A DNA stretch of 64,000 bases, taken from Octopus bimaculoides (taxonomy: Eukaryota). A program made the translations under genes and the position numbers. Each line of letters opens with the position of its first letter. Within the stretch, counting starts at the first letter, position 1. The notes under the pieces are model-generated. The model saw nothing but the letters and a program-made list of their open reading frames with translations, had not been told where the DNA came from and searched no databases. The stretch is from NCBI RefSeq assembly GCF_001194135.2, contig NC_068981.1, positions 129,063,252 through 129,127,251 on the forward strand, in the 5' to 3' direction. Positions 11,700 to 24,021 of this stretch are shown one piece after another.

Positions 11700-14200
11700 T
11701 GAATGAAGTAATCTATGCAAGAAAGTTCAGAGATAAGAAATAATAGAAATAACAGCTAAGTGGTGGTTTTCAGTCATGAGGCATAGAGAAATAGGCGGAC
11801 ATAGCAATGACGTGAATGGCTCTAAGTCTAATTGACTAAGAAGCGAAGAGCAGGGTTAGCAAGCTGTTTTTATTAATGGAACACTAGACATTCTAGAAAT
11901 TTCCAAGAGAAACGCTAAGCTTCTTGAATAATTAAGAGCCATGTCTCATGACAATTGCTTCGAGAAACTTAGGGAGGTTACTCTATAATCTTTCTTGCAA
12001 GGGAGATCATTCAACTATCTAGCTACCACTACAAAAGTTTAGCATTGAGTGACATGGTACTGGGATTTTGAGCCAGTTAATGAAGCAATATTGGAAATAA
12101 AGAAGTATGGTTAGGGACAAGGAAGTTTCTAACCAAAACAAATTTTTTTTGGTGTGATTACTTAATCAGAGAGAAGAAAGCAAAAGCTAGAGGAAATTAG
12201 GTTTTTAGGTGCAATGGTTATGCTGATGACTGAAGAAAGTGTGGTGTTTACAACAGCTTGAGAAACCATGTTTGGAGAAAAAAATTACACCATTCTCTTG
12301 GATAAAGTTGAAGTCCCATGTCTTTACTGCAAAGCTGGGGGAATCAAAGAAATAGAGATAGCAGATTTGGTGTGAAGAGTGGTTGTACAGTTAAGCTTGC
12401 CTCCCAACAACATGGTTTTGGGTTCAGCCCCACTGTGTAGCACCTTGAGAAAATGTTTGGGCCAACCAAAGTCATGTTAGTGGATTTGATAAACAGAAAC
12501 TTTAAAAATCCTGTCATGTATATATCATCATCATCATCATCATCGTTTAGCGTCTGCTTTCCATGCTAGCATGGGTTGGACGATTTGACTGAGGACTGGC
12601 AAGCCAGAAGGCTGCACCAGGCTCCAATCTGATCTGGCAGAGTTTCTACAGCTGGATGCCCTTCCTAACGCCAACCACTCCGAGAGTGTAGTGGGTGCTT
12701 TTACGTGCCACCAGCACGAAGGCCAGTCACACGGTACTGGCAACGGCCATGCTCAAAAAGGTATTTTTTACATGCCACCTGCACAGGAGCCAGTCCAGCG
12801 GCACTGGCAACGACCTCGCTTGAATGATTTTCTAATGCGCCACCACCACAAGTGCTAGAAGGCGACTCTGGTAACGATTACGCTCAAATGGTGCTATTTA
12901 TGGGCCACTAGCATGGAAGCCAGACAGCTACTCTGGCAATGAACACGCTCGGACAGTGCTGTTAGTGCACCACTGGTGTAGGTGCCAGTCATCGAGTATG
13001 GTTCAATTACGACTTCGATTCTGATTTCACTTGCCCCAACAGGTCTTCGCAAGCAGAGTTTAGTGTTCAATGAAGGAGAGGTTGGCATGGGTGCCAGTCG
13101 TCGGATTCGGTTCGATTTCGATTTCAGATTTCAAATTCACTTGCCTCAACAGGTGTGTGTGTGTTTGTTTCCTAGTCTTGAAATTGCATGATTGTTGTAA
13201 ATGTCACTAATTTCCAATATTCTGCAAAAACATATCTGGCCATTGGGAAATATTACCTTACTTGGAAGTAGGTAAGGATTAGTGACAAGAAGAATGTCCA
13301 TCCATAGAAAACCTGCCTCAATAAACTCTGTCTAATCCATGCAAGCATGGAAAATGGATGTTAAAACAATGATGATGATGAGTGAGGGGAAGAATAGTTG
13401 AGAGAGGAAAGAGAATTAGTAGGATTGTAGTAAACAGGGGGACAGATATTTTTAACAGCAAAAGAGATATAGGAAGCTGAAGGAAGAATCAAAGTGGAAT
13501 TGCAGTTCAGAGTAAGAGGTTGGTGAATGAGATAAAGTGGCACCAAACTACTTGACTTAGCAACCATATAGCTCTGGGTGCGTGCCCAGTAAACTAGACA
13601 AAAATCTACACTCCAATATGACCTATAAAGTGGTTAGCATAATTGTTGCCTACCTTAGTTCTCAATGCTAATCTATCCAAATTATTAGAAGTAATTTGGA
13701 GTGACATAGATAAGAAAGAATTGTAGTGTTGGGTTTTAAGTATGGGACAACAGTCAAGTTGTTAAAAACTGAGAGGCTGTTATAGAGAATAACAGTAAAC
13801 ATAGAGTTCATGTTTATAGTGAAGAGAAGTTGGGCAAATACAAGCAGATGGTGTGTTGGAAGTCTTACGATATGGTTAGTGTCCTTAATGTGGGAAAGTA
13901 AAGAAGCAACAATGAGAGGCACCAGTTTGTCAAGATAGCTAGAAGAGCTGTGGGATAATTAGAAGCAGAGACAATAAAGGAGCAAGTGTTCATAAGTTAT
14001 GCAATTTCTAAGAAGTTCAGAATGTGACAGTTTTTGAAAGTGCCATATTTTCTGGCATTCAAGAAACCAAAGTTTAGTCAAAACAAAAAAAAAAGGAGGC
14101 AGAAGTGGGTGGGTGTCAATGACAGATTTAGAGAATCAAAAATTTTACATGAGATGCAGCAGGATTTAGAGAGAGAGTTGATGTTTGAATGTTTACACTA
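11700..14200 (-). mobile_element. Old, heavily decayed CR1/L2-like LINE, split by younger SINE/RTE-tail insertions at ~12330-13380
   Basis: Purine-rich decayed RT-like sequence similar to the 51.3-52.6 kb element. No intact ORF. Confidence 0.45.
12530..13190 (-). mobile_element. RTE-related 3' repeat with an internal ~65-bp tandem array and (GAT)n tail
   Basis: Reverse-complement homologue of 59385-60010. Confidence 0.8.
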
Positions 14201-14539
14201 TATACATTAACTCATATGCTGGAAAATAAAGTAAATCAAATAGTAGATTCTAGCTTCTTATCGTGAGTAGTCAACTCTTGATATTTTCTGGGTGATGAGA
14301 CATCACATTGCTTCTTCTCTATAAAGGTTGGAGCAACAGACCACTAAAACACCATCTGTAAATTAATTATGATATTATCATAGCTGCAGTTTCCAATGAA
14401 GGAATGTTGTGCCAGTGAGAACCACACCTGTGCCATTTCTTGAAGTTGGATAAATTTAAGTGGCTGTTCAAAAACAGGTCCACCAAGTTATACAAACCTA
14501 GTTAGAGATAACCTTTGAGGTATTATATTGTCGTTTATC

Positions 14540-15566
14540 AAGGATTCTTATCTCCAGAAACAAGTATAAAGCAAGGATTGTAGAAAAGCGAAGGCTAGAG
14601 TTTGAAGAGAGAAGCGAGATGAGATTTTCTCAAAATCAACAAAGGGATGCTGCAGCACATCAGACAGAGTCTCAGGAGAGAAGGGAAGAAACTTTCCCAA
14701 GATCAGCAAATGCATGCTGCACCACTTAATGCTGGATCATTAAATCAATGTTTTAATGATTAGACAGAGGTCCAATACAATAGCTCTCAGAAACAGACTA
14801 CGTACAAATTCGTTCTTCACAACTCCTGGAGCTGCTTTCAGATATCCATCCCATTCTTATAAAAATAACTCTATACAAATTAGTGTGCTAAACACAAATT
14901 ATCGTTTCTGTAGAACTTTAAAATTTTCAAATGAAACAAATGGCATGTGCTGCTCAGGCGGTCAGGTAAGATTGTCAGCACTACCAGCTCTTTCACAACC
15001 TCTTATGGATCTTCTTTCTAGAAGGCACTTACATCCAGTCAGGATTTTCTGAACAATATCAGACAATACAACTCTGCATTTCAAATGACATCGTTTACTG
15101 CATCTAAGAAGATACTTAAACATGAATTTACACCGATGTCAAAGTTCAAAGGCAAGTCTATCACCTCATTGGTTCCCCATTACCCACAAATGAACAACCA
15201 CAGTTCCTCCAAATTTACTTTATGAATGATGTAGGACATCAAACCCAAAGGAGGTGTCAAAATTTCATACGATGGTTCGTGTTAGACACAGTTCAGACTG
15301 CTGCAAAAGAGAGCATATCCACTGACAGCTTTTTGCTGCGTTCAAAAATCACATAACCCCCACCCCGAATTTTCCATGACAGGTTAGAACCTGAAATACT
15401 CCAAACGGATGCATAGCATGTTGCTTAGTTGAATTAGCCCATCATTTACTCCACAAATGTTGTTGTCAATGCTGCACTTTCCCATATCACCTGTTTCAAC
15501 ATAACTGTAATATAACATATACAAACTGTCATTTTAATCCCGAGCAACGCTGGGTATCTCAGCTAG
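14540..15566 (+). mobile_element. Helitron fragment (RepHel N-terminal region plus 3' terminus)
   Basis: Frameshifted peptides FCRTLKFSNETNGMCCSGGQVRL, NNIRQYNSAFQMTSF and KVQRQVYHLIGSPLP...QFLQIYFM. Hairpin cccgagcaacgctggg (15539-15554) followed by CTAG (15563-15566). Confidence 0.88.
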
Positions 15567-17134
15567 TATATATATTAAACAGAATGTGTGTCTGTCTGTA
15601 TGCGTGCATCACTAAAACACGAGAACTATCCAACCGATTTCATTCAAATTTTACACATGCCTTACTTTGGGTCCATGCAGTGTCATGGGTCAAAAAACAT
15701 TTTAAACTTCTGGCCTAATGCAAGCCTGGAGCAATCTCCTATCTCTTACACTGTTTCAGTATTTTTATCTGCATGAGCATTTATCATTTTTATTTGCATA
15801 TAAGGCAATCCTGACTCCATTTACTAGCATTGTTACCATGTTAGCTACATCATAAGTATTTCTACTACTACAAATTGGTCATAGTTGGTGCTTAACATCT
15901 CTTTGGTTGGTATTTTGACACAAATGTTCGCTTAATCCAGTAGGTGGCTTATTGAACCTTTGCCACATTTTGCTATTGTTTATGCAATGCATAAGCTGCT
16001 TTAGATTAGCAGTGGACATAGGATACTTTCACGGTGTGCCAATTAAAAATAGCATGATATCTATCGGATTTAGAAAAACACTTGTCCAAAGCAGCAAAAA
16101 ATTTTCCATCGATCTTGGTCAAAACATGCAAACCGAAAATTGGGTTGAACCAGAGGACATCCCAATTCCTATATCTTTTGTTATTTGATCGAGTGTGTTG
16201 TACAGGATTGGAACAGGCAGTTGGATTATTATATTGTGTATGTCTATGAGTTTTTGTTGGTAGTTCATTGATATGACCAATTCTTCCTGGCCTGTATTCT
16301 TTTTCTGAGTAAGTTTTCAAACCATAACGTTGTAGTGGTTTACAATGTGCATCACAGTTGGAGGAATTACCAGTGTTGTGTATGCTTGTTTTTTGTATAT
16401 ATTGAATTTTTTTCTTGGTACCCAGCCCTAACTAGAGCAGCATTATAAGTTGCATGTGATTTGAAAATTTTATTATTAGCAGATAATCTAAAGATTCTTG
16501 TAGAAATATTCTTAACTAGCCCCCATATAATCAAGGATGGATGTTATGTTAATGCACTTAATATGATCATTTGGCTTATGAAATGGTTCAAATAATCCAG
16601 TATCAAGACAAGGTAGCATCAAGAAAATTCACTCAATGATAATCTTTACCCATAGTAATGTTTTGTCCGAAATTTTTCCTATGCCTTTCTAACTGTATTT
16701 TGCTACTTCTGTCCAGAAAAAATAAGGTGCCATCCCTATATAGACTCCCTGTTACTTTCGGAAAGGAAGACTGGATTAATGAAAGGACTAGGTCCTTTCA
16801 ACTAGGTCACTGGCCTGAGCAGAATCATATGAGTAGATTAGATAGGGAGAGTACATTTGATATAGCTATCAAATGTACTCTCCTTATCTAATCTACTAGT
16901 GTGTCTGTGTTTGTACTCCAATCATTGCTTGACAACTGATGTTGCTGTGTTTACACACCTGTATGGCAAAACACACTGATAGAACAACTACTAGGCTTAC
17001 AAATAATAAATCATGGGGCCAATTTCTTTGACTAAAGGTGGTGCTCCAGCATGGTCGCAGTCACGACTGAAACGAGTAAAACAATAAAATACTATACCAT
17101 TTTAATCCCGAGCAACACCGGGTAACTCTGTTAG
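15567..17134 (+). mobile_element. Second, non-autonomous Helitron abutting the first, with nested insertions
   Basis: Starts with a Helitron-like 5' region (tatatattaaac...gtgtgtctgtctgt...ccaaccgatttcattcaaatttt). Ends with the same hairpin type cccgagcaacaccggg (17107-17122) and TTAG (17131-17134). Confidence 0.65.
15830..16430 (-). mobile_element. Penelope-like element fragment (thumb/linker region)
   Basis: RNWDVLWFNPIFGLHVLTKIDGKFFAALDKCFSKSDRYHAIFNWHTVKVSY matches the PLE motif WFNPPYS...FL.LIDKHF...KIFNRNT.KVSY. Homologous to ~32.87-33.02 kb. Confidence 0.8.
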
Positions 17135-17399
17135 TGTTAAATAAAATCATAATTAACTGATCTTCTTGTATTTTCTTTTACCCAAAGCCAGGAACTTTTC
17201 AGCACCCCCTCATAAATGTGTGTATATGTTTGTGTCACCTTATTTTCAACATCACGTGACAGTTGAAAATAATTGCCACTTTCAGACGAGTCATTCATTT
17301 CCAATACTGCAGACTGGAGACAGGATGTAAGTTAATTGGAGGTAACAGGTGGGCTTGGAAGGGTAAAAAAATATTTTACCATCTAAACACTCTCATGTC

Positions 17400-17990
17400 G
17401 GTACATTTTTGCCATGAGTGGTCAGGTCTTCTACAGCACTGCATATCACCTTTGTTATAACATCTTCAGATCAGTTTTCACCACTACATTCCAAGTCTCC
17501 CTTGGTCTCACTTCAACAAGTACCATTTACTTTGAGTGCTCTGCACTTCTTTATGCAGCTGTCATCCTTCATAAGCATCACGTTCATACCAGTACAGAAT
17601 ATTGAAAACAAATTACAAAATATTGTGTTGCATAGACCCTTTTGGGTGACAAACGAAGTAAATGCTATTAGAAAGTAATCTGGTCAGAAAAGTAGCCAAG
17701 AAAACTTAGGATAAGTTTTAATATGTTAAATGAAGAGCAAGTAGACTTGTCCTAAGCTGTGCAGAGTTCATCATCAACATTTAGCATCTGTTTTCCATAC
17801 TGGTACGGTTTCTACAGTATTATGCCCTTCCTAATGCAATCACTCCACAGTGTACCAGATATCTTTTACAGGTCACCAGCACTGGTTGCAACTACAACCT
17901 TAGCTCGACATGTCTTCTCAAGCACAGCAAATTGCCAAAAGTTTTGGTTACTTGTCATCGCCTTAGACTCAAGATCCAAAGATATTTCAC
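17400..17990 (-). mobile_element. RTE LINE 3'-end fragments
   Basis: Decayed LYWY...MKDDSCIKKCRALKVNGTC...TWNVVVKTDLKML, WQFAVLEKTCRAK, plus tail sequence. Confidence 0.65.
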
Positions 17991-18452
17991 TAAAAAGCTA
18001 CTGATGTCACTATGACAGAGGTAACTTTGATAATTGGCTGCAAAGTATTAGCATGTGTTTGATATTCATGACAGGTGAGTAGACTAAAGTAACATGAAAT
18101 GAAGTGCCTGGTCCAGAAATCAAGTTGGGCGGAGATAAAGGACATGGGCTGCACCCACTGGGGGGGGGGGATCCTACAGAAACTCACTTTTTTGACTGTG
18201 GAGATTCCGAATCTGGAAAAAAAAAAACAAAAAAAAAACGGCATTTCAAAATTTTAAAAAATAACCGAAAGGGAGTGCGGTCTATGTACTTTACCACTGC
18301 CTTAAGTTGTGCCTTTTTTAGCACATACTTTTTAACTGAGACTGTAATTGTTATAATCAGCTCATATCATTTTAACCTTTTTGTTACCATATTTCTGTTG
18401 AAACATACTTCGAAAATAATAAATTTAATAAAATAACTTTGGCGTTACTAAC

Positions 18453-18800
18453 CTGGTGTTTGAAACATAAATTAGCATAAAATGTTGATAGCAAGTTTTA
18501 GTTTCAGTCAAAAAGTCTGGAATATAGAATCAAGAGTGGTATCAGATGGGTTGATATGAAAAGAGTAGCGATGACTGAAACCTCAGAAGAGAAGAGCCAA
18601 AACGACTGGGTGCAACTGAGACGAATCGAAACCCGTCCGACAGAAACGCAGTTGTATACATTATATGGGCTTCTACCTACAAAACTTTAATCGTAAGACA
18701 GAAACCATGCCTAAAGAGCTACAGATAGCGCGAACCCAGCATCATTTGGTTGCGAATAGAATGTCGTAACCAAAGTCATTATATAATTAGTAAAAGAGAA
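18453..18800 (-). promoter_or_regulatory. CpG-retaining segment ending in a splice donor: candidate promoter/first exon of an unidentified minus-strand transcript directly downstream of RBM34
   Basis: High CpG density against a CpG-depleted background. Donor CAG|GTTAGT at 18453/18452. All three minus-strand frames contain stops. Confidence 0.4.
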
Positions 18801-18949
18801 TAAATTAACGATAATCTTCAAAACAGAATGACGAAGTTACCCGAACATATTTTTAAAAAATAAATATAACAATTTATTTGTATGCATTAATTTGTACAAA
18901 TTTGTATTACCTAATACAAATTTTCTATTCTAAAAAAATATGAATGATC

Positions 18950-20125
18950 TTACACAAAAACGACATGTTTATTAGGTCCATCGGTTGATTTAACAACCTT
19001 TTGGGGTTCTTTTTCTTCGGCATTTTGCATATTCATTTGTCTCAATTTTCGTGCCATGTGTTTTGGCTTATTTTTCTTTTTCTTCTTCTTAACAGCCTTC
19101 ATACCAACAAAATCTTTATCACTTTCTTTTCCCTTCAATTTCTTTCTCTTATTATCATCATCATTAATTATTTGTCGATCTTTATTCATTGTGGATGCTT
19201 TTACTCGAATTTTTCGACCATTTAACTCTGAATCGTTAAGTTGCAGTGCAAACATTGCAGCGTCAGTGTCTTCGAATGTAACGTAACCAAATCCTTTTCC
19301 AACACCGGTCATCTTGTCCCGGATGACTCTAACATTAGAAATTGGACCACAGTCAAGAAAGTGTTCCCTCAAATCTTGCTCATGAATATCAAATGGCAGG
19401 TTCCCCACAAAAGTCGACTTCTTGTGATCAATGTTTTTCTTTTTAAAGTTAGCTTCGTTGACTTGGATGTGAAATCCCTCTAGCTCAGTGCCATTGAGAC
19501 TTTTAGCTTTCGGAACAGCTTTTCTTTCTGTAAAACATATATAGGCATTGATACTTTTACATTTAGGGTGAAACTTTTTTTTCAAAACAGCAAACTTTTT
19601 ACCTCGTTTGAGATCAGCGGGTATAGCTCCTCGAAAACGCGTGTTTTCAATAGTACCAAAGGGACTGAACATTTTATGAAGTTTCTTTTTGGTTATACTA
19701 AGGGGAAGGTTACCAACAAATATAGTCTTGGCTTTAATAAACTTGTCGTCAGTTTTTCGAGGAATCGTTTTACGTTCTGTATCATCTTCCTCATCTTCGG
19801 AACGACGTCTCTTTCGTGTTTGGGTCTGATTAGGGTTCAACCTTCCGATGAGTACTTCACTTGTATCACAAAACAATTGTTCTATAATCTTATCATTCGA
19901 CCGACTGCTTTGATTTGCAACATTTTCTGATGTAGTGCCTGAATCTCTTAATTTTTTCGCGTTACATTTGGTATCGTCAATTTCGACGGAGAGATTTTTT
20001 CTTTTTACTTTTCCAGAGTCGAAAAGTTTATTAAGTTTTTTCTGTTCTTTTGATAATTTTGAATCCGAATTTGATTTTGCATTAATTAAGGAAGATACTG
20101 ACCCAACCTCATAAACATTTGCCAT
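18950..20125 (-). CDS. RBM34: RNA-binding protein 34 (Nop12 homologue), single coding exon, 391 aa
   Basis: Acidic/basic N-terminus; RRM1 TIFVGNLP...RFR...SINAYICF; RRM2 STFVGNLPFD...VRVIRDKMTGVGKGFGYVTF; Lys-rich tail. PolyA signal AATAAA at 18878-18873 on the minus strand. Confidence 0.92.
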   Translation of the reverse strand: MANVYEVGSVSSLINAKSNSDSKLSKEQKKLNKLFDSGKVKRKNLSVEIDDTKCNAKKLRDSGTTSENVANQSSRSNDKIIEQLFCDTSEVLIGRLNPNQTQTRKRRRSEDEEDDTERKTIPRKTDDKFIKAKTIFVGNLPLSITKKKLHKMFSPFGTIENTRFRGAIPADLKRGKKFAVLKKKFHPKCKSINAYICFTERKAVPKAKSLNGTELEGFHIQVNEANFKKKNIDHKKSTFVGNLPFDIHEQDLREHFLDCGPISNVRVIRDKMTGVGKGFGYVTFEDTDAAMFALQLNDSELNGRKIRVKASTMNKDRQIINDDDNKRKKLKGKESDKDFVGMKAVKKKKKKNKPKHMARKLRQMNMQNAEEKEPQKVVKSTDGPNKHVVFV

Positions 20126-20260
20126 CGTCGCAACTTATTTTATAAGCATTTACATAGACACAGCATACATACATACAAATACTGCAGGCTCCGAAGTTGG
20201 ACAGCAACAACACGTGTAGAAGTATATCCGGTTTTCTCGAATAGAGTTAGGATGATTAGT
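20126..20260 (-). promoter_or_regulatory. Probable RBM34 5'UTR and core promoter
   Basis: CpG-rich stretch directly upstream of the ATG, with an E-box cacgtg near 20210. Confidence 0.5.
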
Positions 20261-20299
20261 TTCGTAGTAAGGCTTAATATAGTTGATTAATTTTAGTAA

Positions 20300-20333
<34 letters not shown>

Positions 20334-20479
20334 TGTATATTTAGTTTGCAAAATTCTTTATGTAAATTCGTGTGTTGAAGCATATTTTATTGTGTCTGGA
20401 GAGAGTCATCTACATACCTACAGTAAAGTAAAACAATAGTTGATTGTTCTTCTAAGGATTGTTTTAGTTTTCTGTCACA

Positions 20480-20810
20480 CCAAGTCATGAAGAAGCTGGC
20501 TACATCTCCAGCCACACTGACACCAATGGCTGCAACTTGAACCTGCATGTATAGTTTCTTGTTAAACTTTGTTATGTGATTCTTATGCTAGCCCCTATTG
20601 CATGTGCAATCATTCTTTTCACCTGACTGGTGTTCTCAGGGTCTTGGGTGGGTGTGGTCCAGCCACTCCAGTACTCTATTGTGCTTTTCTTCATTGCCAA
20701 TGTGATGGTAGGTGGTCTTCCCCTCTGTGACCTTGTGAGGCAGAATCTACTAAGGTCATGGTTGTTTAGACAGTTACTGTCATAGCTCATTTTAAGGAGG
20801 AGGTTCAGTT
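20480..20810 (-). mobile_element. C-terminal fragment of an RLE-type non-LTR retrotransposon (R2/NeSL/Hero-like)
   Basis: Decayed KHNRVLEWL...HITKFNKKLYMQVQVAAIGVSGWRCSQLLHDLV resembles the RHD..L / K..KY..L / EVG.RG restriction-like endonuclease region. Confidence 0.4.
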
Positions 20811-20817
20811 CCCTCGT

Positions 20818-21290
20818 GTTGATTTCATGGAACTCTAATGGCTTTGTCTACCATATTATTCCACCACCACGTTACTCTAGGTCTGGAAGGGACTTTGCAC
20901 CATCCGCAGACTTGGTCTGTGGCACTCAGTAAGCTGTGCCATAAGAATTTCCAGCTATCTTCAATGTCCGAGGTCTGTAGCTCCTCCTCCCTCTCATCAA
21001 ATTTCTTGATGAGGATGTCCCTAAATCTCTGATCATGTGAAAAGTTCTTTTGCTTCCAAATCCTTCTTTTCTGGATTGATCTGCTTCTTTGCATCCTTCT
21101 GGCCTCGAGCCTAAAATCACTCATGGCTAGTCTATGCTGGGAAGTACATTCTTCACTCGGGAGGGTCTTTGTATTTAAGAGCAACCCTGTGTCCTGCTGT
21201 CTGGTGAGGATGAAATCAATCTGGCTAGCTGAGTCACCCGAGTGATAGGTGATCAGGTGACTGTCTGGCTTCCTGAAGTTAGTGTTTGTG
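20818..21290 (-). mobile_element. RTE LINE, end of the APE endonuclease domain and linker
   Basis: TNFRKPDSHLITYHSGDSASQIDFILTR...KTLPSEECTSQHRLAMSDF...WWWNNMVDKAI. Confidence 0.88.
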
Positions 21291-21490
21291 TGTTTGTGTT
21301 TGTCCCCACCACCGTTTGACAACCGGTATTGGTGTGTTTATGTACCCGTAATATAGCGGTTTGGCAGAAGAGACCAATAGAGTACCAGGCTTTAAAGAAA
21401 ACTGAAGTCGATCCATTCAACTAAAAGTTTTTCAAGTCAGTGCCCCAGCATGGTCGCAGTCTAATGACTGAAACAAGTAAACAATAAAAG
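21290..21490 (+). mobile_element. 3' half of a tRNA-derived SINE
   Basis: Homologous to the 3' half of 57261-57680. Other remnants at ~16905-17090 and ~63500-63680. Confidence 0.8.
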
Positions 21491-21569
21491 ATCTTATGAA
21501 ATGCCAGTATGCATGAATATGAACTCAACAATCTTATTTTTCACTTTAAACTCTGACATAATCGAAATC

Positions 21570-21834
21570 TACATCACCTGAAAGATATTTGTGAAAAACT
21601 TCATTAAAAAATACCCATTTTTTTTTCTGAAAGTTATGAGGAAGCAAAGAAGACTCATGTGAATTTTCCGAAACGCCTCTCCCACCCTTGGAAAAAAAAT
21701 TTCACAACAAATTCCGATATAATTTACACCACCTGAAGCGTATTTGTAGAAAATTTCATTAAAAATATCCATTTTTCTGGAAGTTATGAGGAAACAAAGT
21801 CGGCGGGAGGGGGCACAGTTGTGTAGGCATGGTA
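21570..21834 (+). repeat. Solo arm(s) of the long-TIR MITE family found at 37295-37725
   Basis: 21721-21834 aligns with 37618-37725 and with the reverse complement of 37295-37396. A partial tandem copy is at 21570-21650. Confidence 0.7.
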
Positions 21835-22084
21835 AGTTTATTTATGTTACCAAACAGTTTCATACTGAAGAACCTGATAATTGTGGAGAGGTAAATTAAA
21901 AACCATCAGACATGACTGAATGAAAAAGTATAGCTTAGGCTCTTTGTTATTGGAAGCCTGAAAACACCACGTGTGGTTTACAAGTCCCAGAGCTGTGAAA
22001 TAAAAAAAAACAGCAAAAATTCATGATTGATTAGACAAAAAGTCGCACACGCACGCACACACACATACACATTCAAACACACAC

Positions 22085-22410
22085 TGACACGCCATTGGTT
22101 ACGACGACGAGGCTTCTTCCAGTTAATCGGATCAATGGAACAGTTTGCTCGTGAAATTAACGTGCAAGTGGCTGAGCATTCCACTTGCACGTTACCCTTA
22201 GCGTAGTTCTCAGAGAAATTCAGCATGACACAGAATTTGACGAGGCTGGCCCTTTGAAATACAAGTACTACTCATTTTTACCAGTTGAGTGAACTGGAGC
22301 AACGTGAAATAAAGTGTCTTGCTCAAGGACACAAAGCACTGCTGGGAATCGAACTCACAACCTTAAGATCGTGAGCCGAATACCCCTAACCACTGAGCCC
22401 CACACACCTT
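22085..22410 (-). mobile_element. tRNA-derived SINE
   Basis: Minus-strand A and B boxes (ggctcagtggttagg; gagttcgattccc). The 3' part is shared with 5700-5835. Confidence 0.85.
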
Positions 22411-22559
22411 GTGACAAACACACACAAAGGCTAGTTCTTAATCCTCTAAGAGTTATGTCCCTTAGATTAGTCGTTTTCTTTTCTTTTACTTTCGAGCTTG
22501 CGACTTGTATGTCACATCTGTCACGTACAAAGACTAAAGTAGTTTATTAACCTTTCTGT

Positions 22560-23380
22560 GAATTAGCTGCACCTCTTATGTGTACATAGTTTGCACTGGG
22601 CACATGTATGGAATTTCTACCTACACCTCTTCTACAGATTGAGCAGGGCTATTTCCCTGAAGTAATTTGCCTGCTTTCCCTGCTTACTAGGACTTTGGTC
22701 TTTGATTCCACACCTGAAATTTCTTCCCCAATTTTGCTATAAATTCAGCTATAAGAACAAGGTCATCAGCATAGAGGAGCTCCCATGGGCAACTAGTCTT
22801 AAACACCTCTATTATGGCCTGGAGGATTATGATAAATAAGAGGGGACTGAGAACAAGTCATGGTGAACTCCTACTTGCACGCTAATTTCATTACTATATG
22901 CATTGATAACTTTTACCTCACTGACAACATCCCTGTAGATGGTTTAGATAGCTATCACAAGCCATTATCTATCTCTAGCTTCCACTGAAACCACCAGGTG
23001 AGAGTGAGAGTACTTGTCAAAGGCTTTCTCAATGCCAACAAATGCCAAGTACAGTGGTTTATGTTTGGTTAAATGTTTCTCCAGCTGTTACCTTGCAAAA
23101 AAGATAGCATCAGTAGTACTTCTCTCTGGTAGAAAACCAAATTACATCTCATCTAGGTTAACTTTCTTCCTAATTAGTTGAACTCTGGCCCTTTCTGTAA
23201 TTTTCAAAACTAGGTTCAGCAATTTGGTACCTCTGTCATTACTTCTAAGGCATCTCCCTTTCCTTTGTAGCAAGTAGTTGACTATAATGCTACTATACCA
23301 GTTGTTAGGTACAAAACCTTGTTGGACAATCTGATTAACAACAAAGGTAACTAAGCTGTATCCTACTCCACCAAAATCTT
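22560..23380 (-). mobile_element. RTE LINE reverse-transcriptase domain, decayed
   Basis: FGFLPERSTTDAIF...KPLYLAFVGIEKAFDK...VLSPLLFIIILQAIIEVFKTSCPWELLYADDLVLIA. Confidence 0.88.
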
Positions 23381-23383
23381 TGT

Positions 23384-23900
23384 CACCCTTTTAATTTGTT
23401 GTTTACACTTTTACCGTTTTGAAAATCAGCACTTGATTTCAACGGTTTTTCTTAGAACATTGACAAAGGAAGTTGAGTTTAACCCTAGGCATTAAGAGCC
23501 ACTGATGAGAATTAAAATGGTCTACACCAAAATTTGAAATTGCAATAGCTATATACGCTAGGGATTTACCTTCCTGTGTCAGTGGCTTTGGAGTTAATTC
23601 AACTCTTATTTTCAGCATCCTCTCTCACTTTTGTCTGTTAATTGTGCCTTTAGATTCTAATTGCTAATAAGCCACCCTTTTAATTTGTTGTTTACACTTT
23701 TACCATTTTGAAAATCAGTACATGATTTCAACAGTTTTTCTTATAAGATTGAAAAAAGAAGTTGAGTTTAACTCTAGGTGTTAAGAGCCACTGATGAGAA
23801 TTAAGGTGGTCTACATCAAAATTCAAAATCGCAATACGGCTATATATGCTAGGGACTTACCTCCTTTCATCTGTGGCTTTGAAGTTAACTCTTATTTTAG
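23384..23900 (+). repeat. Two-unit tandem repeat, period ~289 bp
   Basis: cacccttttaatttgttgtttacacttttacc starts at 23384 and at 23673. The units are moderately diverged. Confidence 0.88.
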
Positions 23901-24021
23901 AACAAGCGGTGCTAGACAGCACCCTCCATCACTTTTGTGACTTCTATCAATTTTGCCTATATATATATATATAAGTGATAGGAGAGTATTGTAGTTCGCT
24001 TGAAGCATTGTGCATTGTTTG

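Noticed and set aside
18556-18690. Plus-strand 44-aa ORF MKRVAMTETSEEKSQNDWVQLRR...
   Set aside because: No homology recognised and no plus-strand gene context; likely a by-product of the higher GC content.
19001-19930. Plus-strand ORFs overlapping RBM34, and those overlapping TECR at 31299-31728
   Set aside because: Antisense shadows of real coding sequence.
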